Below are positions 9,238 through 19,670 of a stretch of 34,105 bases of DNA, piece by piece (position 1 is the stretch's first letter; every line of letters begins with the position of its first letter). The position numbers and the translations under genes were made by a program. This DNA comes from a virus. The stretch lies in the UHGV virus genome UHGV-0177136; one strand, given 5' to 3'. Under the pieces are notes generated by a model, which was not told where the DNA came from, did not search any database, and saw only the letters and a list, made by a program, of their open reading frames with translations.

Positions 9238-10664
9238 CAGTTGCCCCCTTTCAGGGTTAACAGGTATTCCGAGGTGATTTCAGTCTCAAACGTCAGTCGC
9301 TCCAGCGGCGGTGGTGGCGTATATTTGTAGCTCAGCAACAGGTGCCCGGCGGCCAGCTCCGTCTCCGGATTGCGGGCCGGATCAAACCAGCAACGGAAGC
9401 CCAGTACCGCACCATCACCAGTCATTTTGCGACCGTAGGCGTTGACCGACTCCGTCAGTGCATCAATCAGCGCCTGAGTAATCGGCATGTCGATGTACTG
9501 CTGGCTGAAGTAACGAATGGACTCGTTGATCACATCACCGGTGCGGCGAACGTTCTCAAAGTTACGCATATGGGTGACCGTTGGCCATGCCGCCGTCCGG
9601 TTACCCCACAGACGAAGGCCGCTGCCGTAACTGCTGAATACCGTGGTGATCCCCTGTTCGTTAAGCAGGTTCACCTCGCTCTGCGGATCGTCAATCATTG
9701 CCGACAGCTGGCGCTCCACGCCGGTGATCCCCAGAATTTCCTGATTGGAGGATGACCACCAGTACCCTTTGTCCAGGTCGACTTTGGCACGCAGGCCCGC
9801 CGCACGCTGGCTCAGTGGCTCCAGACGCTCCGTGTTCGTCACCGGGTCATATACCTTCACATGCGGGTAGCACAGGCGGACACGGTCAGAGCTGGTATTA
9901 AAGTTAATGGTGCCTTCCGGGCCACGTCCCGCCAGAGCCTGCGCAAAAGTGGTACCAACCGGCGCATCAATATAGGTTACTGCTCCCAGTTTCTCAGCCA
10001 TGGCGATAAGCTCAACCGAGACGCTGTTCTGGGTGCAGAATACCGGAGCAATCAGGATTTTGGCGAAGTAGCCAAACAGGTTAAAACTGTCGTTAAGCAG
10101 CTTCATGCCGGTACGGTTGCCTGCAGCGTTAACGGTACCGATGATATCAGCCGGGGTGACTTTGGTCGGATCAGCATAGTTATAGCTGGCCTTCACCGTT
10201 GCATCTGCAGCAATGCTTTTACCCAGGTTAGTAATCACCCCGGTCTGTGCATCAAGCGAGTAGTCCTGACCTTCAACATAAGGCTGACCGTCGCTGTCCG
10301 GTTTCAGTACCAGTTGCGCGACCACCGGATTAGCCAGCCGGGCTCTGCCTGTCGCCTTGTCGAACGACACATTCTCACTGACCACAGCGGTTTTATGCAC
10401 AGACGGATCGAGTACGTTAATGACCAGAACGGTGCCTGCACCATGGTCATAAATCGCATCCAGCGCCTGCGGAATGGTAAAGCCGGTGAACTGGCTGCCA
10501 AATGCCGCAGCGTCTTTCTCAGACAGGCACTGTACCAGCGTATTGACATCCCCCATCGGGGCGGTACCAATCAGGCCAATAACGGCAGATTTCACCGTTT
10601 TTACCGGGCGGGCTCCGTTTTCCACCTCAATGGTTTCGACGCCATGCAGATAGTTAGCTGCCAT
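9237..10664 (-). CDS. contractile tail sheath protein
   Basis: 475-aa ORF preceding the tube gene; size and order typical of sheath proteins. Confidence 0.8.
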   Translation of the reverse strand: MAANYLHGVETIEVENGARPVKTVKSAVIGLIGTAPMGDVNTLVQCLSEKDAAAFGSQFTGFTIPQALDAIYDHGAGTVLVINVLDPSVHKTAVVSENVSFDKATGRARLANPVVAQLVLKPDSDGQPYVEGQDYSLDAQTGVITNLGKSIAADATVKASYNYADPTKVTPADIIGTVNAAGNRTGMKLLNDSFNLFGYFAKILIAPVFCTQNSVSVELIAMAEKLGAVTYIDAPVGTTFAQALAGRGPEGTINFNTSSDRVRLCYPHVKVYDPVTNTERLEPLSQRAAGLRAKVDLDKGYWWSSSNQEILGITGVERQLSAMIDDPQSEVNLLNEQGITTVFSSYGSGLRLWGNRTAAWPTVTHMRNFENVRRTGDVINESIRYFSQQYIDMPITQALIDALTESVNAYGRKMTGDGAVLGFRCWFDPARNPETELAAGHLLLSYKYTPPPPLERLTFETEITSEYLLTLKGGN

Positions 10665-10908
10665 GGGAGTCCTCCGTTTTCACTTCGCTGTCACTGCTGC
10701 TTCTGCGCTTTGGTGACTGCACAGCTGGTGTGACGGCGGGTTTAGTCTCTTCAGATACCGGCGTCAGATGCTTCAGCGCCACCAGTACCTTCACGTAGTC
10801 ATGCTCCTCCGGCAGGGAAACCGTCTTCCCCGGCCAGAGCATGATTTCGGTTCCGTCCGACAGCGTGACGCCGCTGGCCGGGCCGGAATAGCGGTATTCT
10901 TTCATCAC
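10654..10908 (-). CDS. hypothetical protein (head-tail joining region)
   Basis: 84-aa ORF between head and tail modules. Confidence 0.4.
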   Translation of the reverse strand: MMKEYRYSGPASGVTLSDGTEIMLWPGKTVSLPEEHDYVKVLVALKHLTPVSEETKPAVTPAVQSPKRRSSSDSEVKTEDSHGS

Positions 10909-11369
10909 TCGCTTTCCTCATAGTTCACTTCGGTTAACAGCGGGCCGGACGGTAAATCGCTGTCTTCGATAAAGACGCTTTCAGTCGCGAAGTCGAGGGC
11001 GTATTGCCACAGCCCCCTGACTTCACCGATAAACACCTCGCGGGTCAGCCAGATACGGCGGCGGCAGCCGGGCGGGGTGTGGCCGCCGAGAATGCGGCGG
11101 ACAGCATCCAGGACATTAATCGCCCCTTTTTTACCGTTGAGCTGGCGGAAGACCACCGTGACGCAGAGCTGGATAGTCTGAGACTGGATCACCGCACCGG
11201 TATCATCCGGCCTGTCAAAGCGCGAACCGGCATAGCTCAGCAGCAACGCGCCAACCGGATGGTTCAGGCGATATTCAGCCGGTTTCTCCGGGAAGTACTC
11301 CACCTGCAGTTGCGGCAGCTTCTCGCGTAACCGGGCCAGTACCGCATCAAGGACGGGCAGAACGTTCAT
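10905..11369 (-). CDS. hypothetical protein, Mu gp37-like by position
   Basis: 154-aa ORF in head completion region. Confidence 0.5.
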   Translation of the reverse strand: MNVLPVLDAVLARLREKLPQLQVEYFPEKPAEYRLNHPVGALLLSYAGSRFDRPDDTGAVIQSQTIQLCVTVVFRQLNGKKGAINVLDAVRRILGGHTPPGCRRRIWLTREVFIGEVRGLWQYALDFATESVFIEDSDLPSGPLLTEVNYEESE

Positions 11370-11815
11370 CAGTATTTCTCCAGTAAACCGTCACGACCGC
11401 CGAAAGTGGCCGGGCGGCTGCGTACACGAAACTCGCCAGGCTCAGGCACATCTTTCTGAGTGGACGGCAGCCCCAGCGTGAGCCTGTTATCACGTAACTC
11501 CCTGAGTTGCCGCAGCGCTTCTTTGTGGTCATCCTTCACCGTATCCGGGAGGTCACCTTCCGGGCGGCGGGCGTAGAGCCGGTAACGGACCAGCGTGATG
11601 GCAATGTCCCGCAGAACAGTCGGTATCTCTGCCAGTGGCAGGATATAGCGTCCGCGCAGATGGGCATCAATCAGCTCGTCGGCATAGCGGATACAGCTGT
11701 CCACCACACGGGTATTCACTGTTGCAGGCGAGTCGAAGTCCATCTCTTCACTGGTGAGCTCGATCAGCGTTCGTTCCGGCACCTGCGCAAGCAAATCCTC
11801 CAGGGTGCAGTACAT
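11369..11815 (-). CDS. hypothetical protein, Mu gp36-like by position
   Basis: Track ORF runs to 11977 but the likely start is the ATG at 11815 (MYCTLEDLLAQ...), 1 nt after the stop of the upstream ORF; 148 aa. Confidence 0.5.
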   Translation of the reverse strand: MYCTLEDLLAQVPERTLIELTSEEMDFDSPATVNTRVVDSCIRYADELIDAHLRGRYILPLAEIPTVLRDIAITLVRYRLYARRPEGDLPDTVKDDHKEALRQLRELRDNRLTLGLPSTQKDVPEPGEFRVRSRPATFGGRDGLLEKY

Positions 11816-11816
11816 G

Positions 11817-12155
11817 TCACACCCCGCGCAGGATACGAATGACGTCGCCTTCACCCCCGGCTTCATCAAGTGCAATACCACAGGATTTACCGTCGCCGGA
11901 CTGCGGCACGGCTCTGGCCTGAGCATCTGACTGAACAGCCACACCACGGCTGACAGCGGCCCCGGCCTCGACAGCAATAATGCCCAGAACGCTCACCGGC
12001 GTGCTGTCGCCGGTAACAGCATCCACTTCGGCAACCCCGAGCGCTGCGGCACCGGCTTTACAGGGGGTATTATCTGCCCCGACAAAACGCTGCTGTGCCA
12101 GTGCGGCCCCTGCCGTTACGGTTGTGATCAGAATGACCTGCTGAGTGGTTCCCAT
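11817..12155 (-). CDS. hypothetical Gly/Ala-rich small protein downstream of the major head gene
   Basis: 112-aa ORF directly after the major head gene. Confidence 0.4.
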   Translation of the reverse strand: MGTTQQVILITTVTAGAALAQQRFVGADNTPCKAGAAALGVAEVDAVTGDSTPVSVLGIIAVEAGAAVSRGVAVQSDAQARAVPQSGDGKSCGIALDEAGGEGDVIRILRGV

Positions 12156-12164
12156 AACGCCTCC

Positions 12165-13118
12165 TTATTTACTGATACCGGTAATGAGATACCCGGCATC
12201 GCCACCAACCACGGCGACTTTGTAGATATCGGTATAACGGCAGTACTTCACCTTGCCGCCGGCTCCGTCGTACTTGTCGGCAACAGGCATCCCCTTACGG
12301 CGCAGGGTGTAGCCGAAGGACGGCTCGTTCTCGTCCGCGCTGTCCGCCCCCGGCTGCGGCTTGCCGACGTAATGCAGCATCAGATTGTCTCCCCAGATAT
12401 CCGTCGGCACGCTGTCCTTATCCATTGCCGCTTTCATGGACGGCAGGGAGACAGGAGCACCGATGACGATCTCTTCGATCTGAAAGAGGTCCTGCAGGAT
12501 CTCCGTGGTGATGCGCTTGCGTTCGTTGGCTCCGATGGCTGCCTGAATTGCCGGGTGGAACTTCAGCAGCGCCATCACGCCGGCCCCCATGGTCATCAGG
12601 TTAGGACGCAGCCCCGTGGCCGTACGGACCGCTTCCATACCGGCTTCAATTACCCCGATGGGGTCCCCCTTACCACCGGCCCAGCGGTCGCCGGCTGTCA
12701 GTTTTTTAACGTGCCCGGTACGGTAGACCTTTTCATCCTGAGCCAGACGGGCGGCGATAAGTTCACGGCGCAGATTTACGCCATTCGTGGCGCGACGGAT
12801 GGCCTTGCTCTCCTCGTTAAACATGGACTCCGCCTGTTCGCGATAGTCCACTGGCGCAGCCAGATCGTGCTCACCCAGCACCAGATCAAGCGTGCCGGTT
12901 TTCTCACGGACCAGAACATTGCTGTCCGCCCCGACGGCACGCTCGGTGTCATATTCCACAAAGGCGGTTTTCCCGAAGGTCGGCACACGCACGCCTTCCT
13001 TGTCCGTCAGCACGACGGGGAAAATACGTTCGCCAATGAATGCGGCATTTTTATAGCCTCGGGCGATACTGGTCAGTACCGGATCAACGACACGTTTACC
13101 TTTTAAGTAATCAGACAT
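12165..13118 (-). CDS. major head (capsid) protein, Mu gpT-like
   Basis: 317-aa ORF following the protease/scaffold gene; order I-T as in Mu. Confidence 0.75.
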   Translation of the reverse strand: MSDYLKGKRVVDPVLTSIARGYKNAAFIGERIFPVVLTDKEGVRVPTFGKTAFVEYDTERAVGADSNVLVREKTGTLDLVLGEHDLAAPVDYREQAESMFNEESKAIRRATNGVNLRRELIAARLAQDEKVYRTGHVKKLTAGDRWAGGKGDPIGVIEAGMEAVRTATGLRPNLMTMGAGVMALLKFHPAIQAAIGANERKRITTEILQDLFQIEEIVIGAPVSLPSMKAAMDKDSVPTDIWGDNLMLHYVGKPQPGADSADENEPSFGYTLRRKGMPVADKYDGAGGKVKYCRYTDIYKVAVVGGDAGYLITGISK

Positions 13119-13132
13119 GCTCTCTCCTTAAA

Positions 13133-14248
13133 TTACAGGCAGCGTGCGACAGCAGCCTCATAGCTGATGCCTTCTTTTTTGGACAGGGCCACTGCTTTCT
13201 GATGCAGGGCCAGACGCTCAGGATCGGCTTCCGCAAACTCCGCCACATCCACCTTCACCGCGTCGCCGACACGATCCTTTGTGGCCTGTTCGGCGAAGTT
13301 CATCACCGGCTCCCCGTCGGAGAGCAATGAACGGAAGGCGGTGGCCAGCGGTGTGCGGCTTTCCCCCTCAGCAAACTCCACCGGCTTGTCGCCACCGGCG
13401 ACGGCATCCAGCAGGGCAACCACCACGGAGGAGGCGCGGGGAGCCAGACGCCCCTCTGCGACCAGTTTTTCTGCAAAGGCCACATTGTCCTTATGCAGTT
13501 GCTCCTGTCTGACCTGTGCATCACGCGCATCGCGATCAGCAGCCTGCTGCTTCAGGCGGCGGTTCTCCTCCTGAAGGGCTTCAATCTCTTCTTTTGTCAT
13601 CGATGATTCCTCGTTACTTGCGGAAGACGGCCCCGGGCCTGTCTCACTGAATTGTGCACCTGCTGCATCCTGCGACAATGTGTCGCGGTACGCCTCTTCG
13701 CGCAGACTGTTGAGCTGCCATTCCGGCAGGACTTTTTCTGCCTCGTCCAGACTGAAGCGGGCGATCAGAAAATCGCGCAGCTTTCCCCACAGGGAGGCAT
13801 TCGTGATGGCCTGCCAGTCGGCGAACTCCACCACACCTTCTTCCTGCTCACTGAAGGACACCTGTTTCAGCCCTTTGACGGAAGGTGGCTGTGCCCCGAG
13901 AAAGCCCACATGGCGAAGGTAGAGCACGCCGGGCTTCGGATTGGACGGTGAATCCGGGAGGTAGAAAGAGGCGGACACTTTTTTGAATCGTCCGTCGGTG
14001 ACCATCTCAGCAAACTGCGGGTCCAGCTGGGCAGGCTCTGCCATCAGATCGACGCCGCTGAGCGACAGGGCTTTCACCCAGCCCCACGCCGGGTCTTCCG
14101 TTCTGGGATGACCAATCACGAGTGGTGCTTCATGGACGGACGGGTCATAGGCTTTCACGCAGGCGGCAAGATCGTCTGGCGTGAACGGCAGTTTTTTGCC
14201 GTGCATATCGGTATGAGTACCGGCTTTAAAAATGTGAATGGCTGACAT
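13133..14248 (-). CDS. head maturation protease / scaffold protein, Mu gpI-like
   Basis: 371-aa ORF with charged coiled-coil-like C-terminal half (EEIEALQEENRRLKQQAADRDARDAQ...), immediately upstream of the major head gene and preceded by a 214-bp intergenic region. Confidence 0.65.
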   Translation of the reverse strand: MSAIHIFKAGTHTDMHGKKLPFTPDDLAACVKAYDPSVHEAPLVIGHPRTEDPAWGWVKALSLSGVDLMAEPAQLDPQFAEMVTDGRFKKVSASFYLPDSPSNPKPGVLYLRHVGFLGAQPPSVKGLKQVSFSEQEEGVVEFADWQAITNASLWGKLRDFLIARFSLDEAEKVLPEWQLNSLREEAYRDTLSQDAAGAQFSETGPGPSSASNEESSMTKEEIEALQEENRRLKQQAADRDARDAQVRQEQLHKDNVAFAEKLVAEGRLAPRASSVVVALLDAVAGGDKPVEFAEGESRTPLATAFRSLLSDGEPVMNFAEQATKDRVGDAVKVDVAEFAEADPERLALHQKAVALSKKEGISYEAAVARCL

Positions 14249-14272
14249 TTTGCTGTCCCGCGTTATGTTGTC

Positions 14273-14311
14273 GGAGACAGTTTGTGAGAAATGCAGGCCC
14301 GGCGATTTTAA
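14273..14311 (-). promoter_or_regulatory. late-promoter-like motif upstream of protease/scaffold gene: TTAAAATC-N23-CTGTCTCC
   Basis: Minus-sense TTAAAATCGCCGGGCCTGCATTTCTCACAAACTGTCTCC, in the 214-bp intergenic region between the gpG-like and gpI-like genes. Confidence 0.45.
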
Positions 14312-14384
14312 TCTGCTTTAGAAAACATCAGGGGAGAAGGACAGGGAAAGCAATGCGGTGAACCGGAGGCGGTTATAAAACAGA

Positions 14385-14416
14385 GGCTGTAAAGCCTTTA
14401 TAAAGGTAATACAGCC
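14385..14416 (-). terminator. imperfect 32-bp dyad followed on the minus strand by TCTGTTTTAT; candidate terminator after the gpG-like gene
   Basis: GGCTGTA...TACAGCC arms with internal CCTTTATAAAGG palindrome. Confidence 0.35.
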
Positions 14417-14462
14417 CCTCATTCGCTGGCAATGATAAATCACCCACCTGAAGAGAGAAAAC

Positions 14463-14921
14463 TCAGCGACGGGCCGCTGATTCAAGATGGCGGACAATGG
14501 TATCGAGGATGGGGATTACCACTTCAGGCTGTAGTTCTCCATCCCCCGTCACCGGCAGGAACGGGCGGGCCGGAAGTTCAACAGACTCATTACGCCCCGT
14601 TTTACCCCCGAACTGGTGAATGGCACCGTAAACAACGTTGGTCCCCACAACAGCCTGCCGGTCGTCATGGTCGGTTGATACTGACCCCATCAGACGCCCG
14701 GTATCCTGCAGTGTCTGCCCGTCACGTTCTTCCGCTGCCAGCGAGGGCATCCACCCCGGACGCCCCTCATCAAGAAAGTTAAACTGTGTTTCCGCCAGCA
14801 GGGTTCCGGCGATTTTGCGCATCGCGGGCTCCATGTCTGTGGCAGCCAGATCCAGCGCACGGAGGCTCCGGCGCAGGGATTTATCGTTAATGGTGATACT
14901 GACCAGGTTATCGGAAGCCAT
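14463..14921 (-). CDS. virion morphogenesis protein, Mu gpG-like
   Basis: 152-aa ORF following the F-like gene. Confidence 0.6.
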   Translation of the reverse strand: MASDNLVSITINDKSLRRSLRALDLAATDMEPAMRKIAGTLLAETQFNFLDEGRPGWMPSLAAEERDGQTLQDTGRLMGSVSTDHDDRQAVVGTNVVYGAIHQFGGKTGRNESVELPARPFLPVTGDGELQPEVVIPILDTIVRHLESAARR

Positions 14922-14923
14922 TG

Positions 14924-15745
14924 TTATCCTCTCAGTTCCTGTTGTGCCAGTGGCTGAAGCGTACCCTGATAGCGGGCCAGGTCGGGACGGTATGCTGCCC
15001 CCGGTGCATAAGACCAGCCGACGTCGGTGGTCACCTTCGTGGTGCCGGTATTAAAGGTGGCCACGTTCCGCATTTCGCCGGTTTTCTCTGAGACCAGTTT
15101 CAGTTCCTGGCCCATGGCAGAGCCGGAGCTGATAACCTTCAGGCCACGGGCACGTACATCCGCCGCACTCAGGGCAATCACACTACAGCGGCAGCGCCAG
15201 CCGTTCGGCGGGTAAAATGCCTGCCAGAACGGGTCATCCCAGCGCAGCACCAGACCATGCAGCGCCAGATGGCTCCTGCGGGTATGGCTGTCGTTGATGC
15301 CGGTATACATCCAGTACGGCCTGTCGTCGACGTTTTCCATCTGTTCCGCCCAACGACCGGCGCTGTAGAGTACGGACATATTGGTGCGAAAGATGGTATC
15401 GAGCCGCCACGGACTGCCCTGCTGAATGGTGACCGGCTTACCCGTTACCGGGTCAGTCGTGTCACGTGGTCCCCACCATCCCTTACGCTTCAGCACCGGC
15501 TCCAGCTCCTGCCGGAACCAGCGATCGGTTTTTCCTTCATCGACAGCCTGCTGCAGTGCCCCGCGAATATCTTCCAGGATATCCAGGCGGGTCACTTTAG
15601 CAACGGTAAAGGCGCGGGCATGGGCCTCCTGCCACATTTCTTCCCAGTCCCAGGTAATCTGATACCCTTTGGACTTCAGGTAACTGACTGCCCGCTTCGG
15701 GGGAAGCGTCATGCAGTACGCCAGTTCAGCCGTTGTCACGCTCAT
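14924..15745 (-). CDS. head morphogenesis protein, Mu F-like
   Basis: Follows portal gene; likely start at internal ATG 15745 (MSVTTAELAY...) rather than track start 15772. Confidence 0.7.
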   Translation of the reverse strand: MSVTTAELAYCMTLPPKRAVSYLKSKGYQITWDWEEMWQEAHARAFTVAKVTRLDILEDIRGALQQAVDEGKTDRWFRQELEPVLKRKGWWGPRDTTDPVTGKPVTIQQGSPWRLDTIFRTNMSVLYSAGRWAEQMENVDDRPYWMYTGINDSHTRRSHLALHGLVLRWDDPFWQAFYPPNGWRCRCSVIALSAADVRARGLKVISSGSAMGQELKLVSEKTGEMRNVATFNTGTTKVTTDVGWSYAPGAAYRPDLARYQGTLQPLAQQELRG

Positions 15746-17222
15746 GCAGACGTCCCCAGATATTTGCCACAAAGAGAATGCGGGCCAGCCGTTCCTGCAG
15801 ATCGTCCGTGTTCATCTGAGGGTAGAGCTCCGCCAGTTCGCCCAGCAGCTCAGTCGGGTTAACCCCGTTTTCGACCCGCTTAAACAGAGGTGCCAGGACG
15901 GGTTCCAGCGTGCCATTTAACACACCTCCGTTCATCAGAATGTCCAGCGCGTCGTCAAGCTGCTGCTGAGCCTGAATATCGGCATCAATCGCCTCGGCAA
16001 ATGACAGCGGCAGCATGTTATTCTGGCGTTCCGACGGTGGTGTCTCGTCAATATCGCCGTCCTGCAGCTGGTACTCACGCTTAAAGTACTGCGGGGTCAG
16101 ACGCAGACCCGCCCGGGTGAGTTTTTCGTCGCGGGTGGCGCGGGTGTCATCAATGGTCTCCTGTTCCCACATGGCCCAGACCGGACACGGCACATCGCCG
16201 AAGTTCAGGGTGACCACCGTTCTGATAACCTGATTCACTGCTGCCTGAATGATGTCCGCATCCGCATCGCGGATATCAGCCGTTACCTCCAGCCCGGCCT
16301 GTGCTGAGGCCTTGTTACTGTTCGCTTCCGTGGTCTGATTCTGACCAAGTAATGCAATGGAGATCTCACTGCGTGACAGTGTGATCAGCTCGCGGAATAC
16401 CTCGCTGCTGTCCGCCTTACCATCCGCGGCTTTGAGTTCGATGCTGCTGTCATCGGGGATGGCGGCCACCGCGTCCTCCACCATCTGCTCCATGGAGTCC
16501 AGCAGTTTTTCAATCTCTGCATCATTTGCACCCCTCGGGTGCTTACCGATCACCCACGGGGAGCCAAACTTTTCGGCAAAGCGGAGCCAGAATTTCATCC
16601 CGCCTTTCTTGAAGGCGACCGGCCAGAAGCACATGGACAGGTCCGGGAAACCGTAAGGATTGTCATACGAGGCATCCTGTGCCGGCACCACGAATTTTGA
16701 CGGTGACAGCAGCTCACCCTCCACACCCGCATCACGCGCCCGGAAGCGCAGGCAGTTGTCCGTATCAAACTGAAACCACTCAGGCGGTTTGCCGACAATA
16801 TCCGTCACTGCCCACGCCCTGACCGAACGGCCCCACATGATTTCACAGGGCTGATACCCGTAGAGCACGGCATCACTCATCTCACCGATGATGCGGGACA
16901 GATCCAGATCGTCGAGCATGTCGCGGATGAAACGAAAGACCCGGGCAGAAGCGTGACCGCGCTCCAGTCCACGCTCCAGTGATTTGAGCGCTGCTTTACG
17001 TCTGCGGATACAGCCCCCAACCAGCGGGTCGGTGCGCAGTTCGCGGTAGATACGGATATCCCGTCCCTGAGCCTTGAGAATGGGATCAGGATTGGGCAGA
17101 TACATGCCCAGTCCGTAAAAGTCGATCGCGCGGCTGCGGGAGGCAATCTGCGCGGTCAGTGATTTCTGAGGCTCAGAAAAAGCAACAAATTCATCGGGTG
17201 AAACCCAGATACCCCTCGCCAT
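15726..17222 (-). CDS. portal protein (Mu gp29-like)
   Basis: 498-aa ORF immediately downstream of the large terminase gene. Confidence 0.75.
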   Translation of the reverse strand: MARGIWVSPDEFVAFSEPQKSLTAQIASRSRAIDFYGLGMYLPNPDPILKAQGRDIRIYRELRTDPLVGGCIRRRKAALKSLERGLERGHASARVFRFIRDMLDDLDLSRIIGEMSDAVLYGYQPCEIMWGRSVRAWAVTDIVGKPPEWFQFDTDNCLRFRARDAGVEGELLSPSKFVVPAQDASYDNPYGFPDLSMCFWPVAFKKGGMKFWLRFAEKFGSPWVIGKHPRGANDAEIEKLLDSMEQMVEDAVAAIPDDSSIELKAADGKADSSEVFRELITLSRSEISIALLGQNQTTEANSNKASAQAGLEVTADIRDADADIIQAAVNQVIRTVVTLNFGDVPCPVWAMWEQETIDDTRATRDEKLTRAGLRLTPQYFKREYQLQDGDIDETPPSERQNNMLPLSFAEAIDADIQAQQQLDDALDILMNGGVLNGTLEPVLAPLFKRVENGVNPTELLGELAELYPQMNTDDLQERLARILFVANIWGRLHERDNG

Positions 17223-18817
17223 CAGAATCCCTCCAGCATACGGGCCGCCTGACGACGACGGCGTGAGCTTGCCTTCACCGGCCCTTTGTTAATTTCACGG
17301 CTGGCGAAATACGCCAGCGCCAGTGCGATGGCTGAATCCCCGTGGCGTTTACCACCGTCAGCCTTTGCTTTTGAGCGTTGCTCCGGCACGCGGGGGACAC
17401 CGTTCACCACCTGAACGGCCCGCAGGTCATCCAGTGTGTCTTCATCCTTTGGTAAGTCCACCAGGTTACCGTCTTCCAGTGCAGCTTTGACCGGAGGCAT
17501 ATGCTCCCGGTACCAGCCTTCAGTTGGCATCACCTGCTGAACCCGGCTGGAGCCGTAGCGCTGCATGGCGTATTCAGCCAGATAGGCACCATTACCACGG
17601 GCATCAAACGCTGCACCCAGCAGACCGGGCAGGCCATCCATCAGATACCAGGTGATTTGCTCCTGCTGTCTGAACGGCACGTTACGCAGCTCCAGTACGA
17701 ATGGCACGCGTCGTACCAGGTTCTTCTCCTGCAGCAGGGGATAGTCCACCGACAAATCACCGCTACGGCCAAAGTCGCGCCCCAGGAAAGAGCGGGCATC
17801 AGCGGGGAGTGCCTCCAGCAAGGGTTTCAGATGCTCATCAAGCCAGTCCTGTGTCTCGTGGAAGCGAACCTCATCAGACAGCAGTTCATAACCTTCCTGA
17901 CAGGTCAGACGCAATACCGGCGTATCAGCGGACATGCGGGACTCTATCAGGGCACGGGACAGCCAGGCGCCGCCACCGTTGGCCGGAATACAATCAAGCT
18001 CTTCGGATGCGCCGGCAGCGTAGAATTTGTACACCGACGCCATCCAGGCCTGCTCGGATGCCTCTGACCATTCCTTCCCGGTGCGCAGACAAACGCGCCG
18101 GAACAGCCCCTCAGATACGGCTTCCCGGAAAGTGATGCGATGTACGCTGCCTCCCTGACGTCCGGCACGGATATCCCCGATAAGCGTATTGAACGGATTG
18201 TCGTCACCGTCATGGGTGGAGATAACGCGTACCTTTCCCCCCCAGATAAGCATCGCCAGCGCCGCTTTCAGCAGTTCGTCCAGTTGCTCATGGAACGCCG
18301 CTTCGTCGATAACAATAATACCCTGACGGCCACGCAGGTTAGACGGGCGGCTGGAGAGCGCAACAATACGAAAGCCGGAGTCAGGAAATTTGATGGTGTA
18401 AGTCTTGATGTGTTTGTCGTCGTCGTCCTCTTCCCAGAATCCTTCTTCAATTTCACTGGCCGCATAGTTGAATGCCCGTGCCCACATCGCACACGCCTGA
18501 ATGTATTCGACGGTCATGTCCTGGTTATAAGCGATGTAATACACATTCATCCCGCCTGCTGGCGCAGAAGAGGCGGCGGTCAGTACGTTATCGGATGCCT
18601 CAGCCCATGTAATACCGGTACGACGGCTCTTTTCTATCACCTTAAGCGGAGAGGTGTCTGCCACCCAGCGCTGCTGGTAAGGCAACAGAACGGGAGGGAC
18701 ATCCAGCGCCGAGGTATCAGGCAAAACGGGAGCAAGGTTATTCCTCCCGTCCATGGGACTCATCCCTTCGGGGCCGCCGCCAGCGGCGTTTAAAATCACT
18801 CCGGATGATTTTGTCAT
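17222..18817 (-). CDS. terminase large subunit (Mu gp28-like)
   Basis: 531-aa ORF between small-terminase-like and portal genes. Confidence 0.75.
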   Translation of the reverse strand: MTKSSGVILNAAGGGPEGMSPMDGRNNLAPVLPDTSALDVPPVLLPYQQRWVADTSPLKVIEKSRRTGITWAEASDNVLTAASSAPAGGMNVYYIAYNQDMTVEYIQACAMWARAFNYAASEIEEGFWEEDDDDKHIKTYTIKFPDSGFRIVALSSRPSNLRGRQGIIVIDEAAFHEQLDELLKAALAMLIWGGKVRVISTHDGDDNPFNTLIGDIRAGRQGGSVHRITFREAVSEGLFRRVCLRTGKEWSEASEQAWMASVYKFYAAGASEELDCIPANGGGAWLSRALIESRMSADTPVLRLTCQEGYELLSDEVRFHETQDWLDEHLKPLLEALPADARSFLGRDFGRSGDLSVDYPLLQEKNLVRRVPFVLELRNVPFRQQEQITWYLMDGLPGLLGAAFDARGNGAYLAEYAMQRYGSSRVQQVMPTEGWYREHMPPVKAALEDGNLVDLPKDEDTLDDLRAVQVVNGVPRVPEQRSKAKADGGKRHGDSAIALALAYFASREINKGPVKASSRRRRQAARMLEGF

Positions 18818-19359
18818 GTGGCAATCCCCAGAATCTCGCGACGAAGCGCCTGTACTGCGTCGCTTGACAGTCCCCCCTTACGGGCAATTTTCTCGGCGTT
18901 GCTGGCTGCCTGCTGCGCTCTGGCCCGTACTTCAGACTGGAACTTTTTGAGGTTGACGGACGCGCGGGACAGCGTAGCCACATTCTTCGCCACCTTCGAC
19001 AGCAGGGCCACGCGTTCTTTAGGATCGACTTCGCCTTCTTCCGCCTCCTGCAACTGGACAATACTCTCGAACAGCTCGGTCTGAATAAGGGCTATCACAG
19101 CCTCCGAACGCGCATCCTGATCGTCTGCTGCGCCTTCGGTCAGCATGCGGGCCGCTTCTGTTGCCGCACGGATAGCACCATAGCGGCGCTCAATCTTCTG
19201 TCCATAGCGATGGATAGCGGATTTGCTGATAACGTACCCCCGCTCACGCAGCAGGGACTCCAGCTCGTTATACCCGCTGAAGCCGGATTCAGTCAGCGCC
19301 CGTTCAAGCCAGCGGCGCACGTCTTCCGGCAGCTTTTCTATTGTGCTGCGTCTGGCCAT
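18814..19359 (-). CDS. putative terminase small subunit (Mu gp27 / DUF3486-like)
   Basis: 181-aa ORF with N-terminal HTH-like segment, directly upstream of the large terminase. Confidence 0.6.
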   Translation of the reverse strand: MARRSTIEKLPEDVRRWLERALTESGFSGYNELESLLRERGYVISKSAIHRYGQKIERRYGAIRAATEAARMLTEGAADDQDARSEAVIALIQTELFESIVQLQEAEEGEVDPKERVALLSKVAKNVATLSRASVNLKKFQSEVRARAQQAASNAEKIARKGGLSSDAVQALRREILGIAT

Positions 19360-19670
19360 TATTCACTCCAGTACTTTTCCGGGCGGGCAATACCCGGACC
19401 ACATTCCACGGTGTATTCCACCAGGTCTACGCCGAGGCGGGTCAGGTCAGCAAACCAGTCGCCAGAAGGTTTTTTCTCCAGATCAACCATTTTACGGTCA
19501 GCCAGATAATCCAGTTCGCGGCGCAGTTCCAGCGGTGTGGTGTCCGGGTAGATGGCACGGGACACATCCAGCAGCAGCGTCTCGCTGGCGGTGTAAGGGC
19601 GGGTCTTGTTCAGGGCAACCAGCAGACTCCAGCGCAGGGATTCGCGGCGTACCCGGGTAATATCGACCAT
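19359..19670 (-). CDS. hypothetical protein (Mu gp26-like by position)
   Basis: 103-aa ORF between lysis cassette and terminase genes. Confidence 0.45.
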   Translation of the reverse strand: MVDITRVRRESLRWSLLVALNKTRPYTASETLLLDVSRAIYPDTTPLELRRELDYLADRKMVDLEKKPSGDWFADLTRLGVDLVEYTVECGPGIARPEKYWSE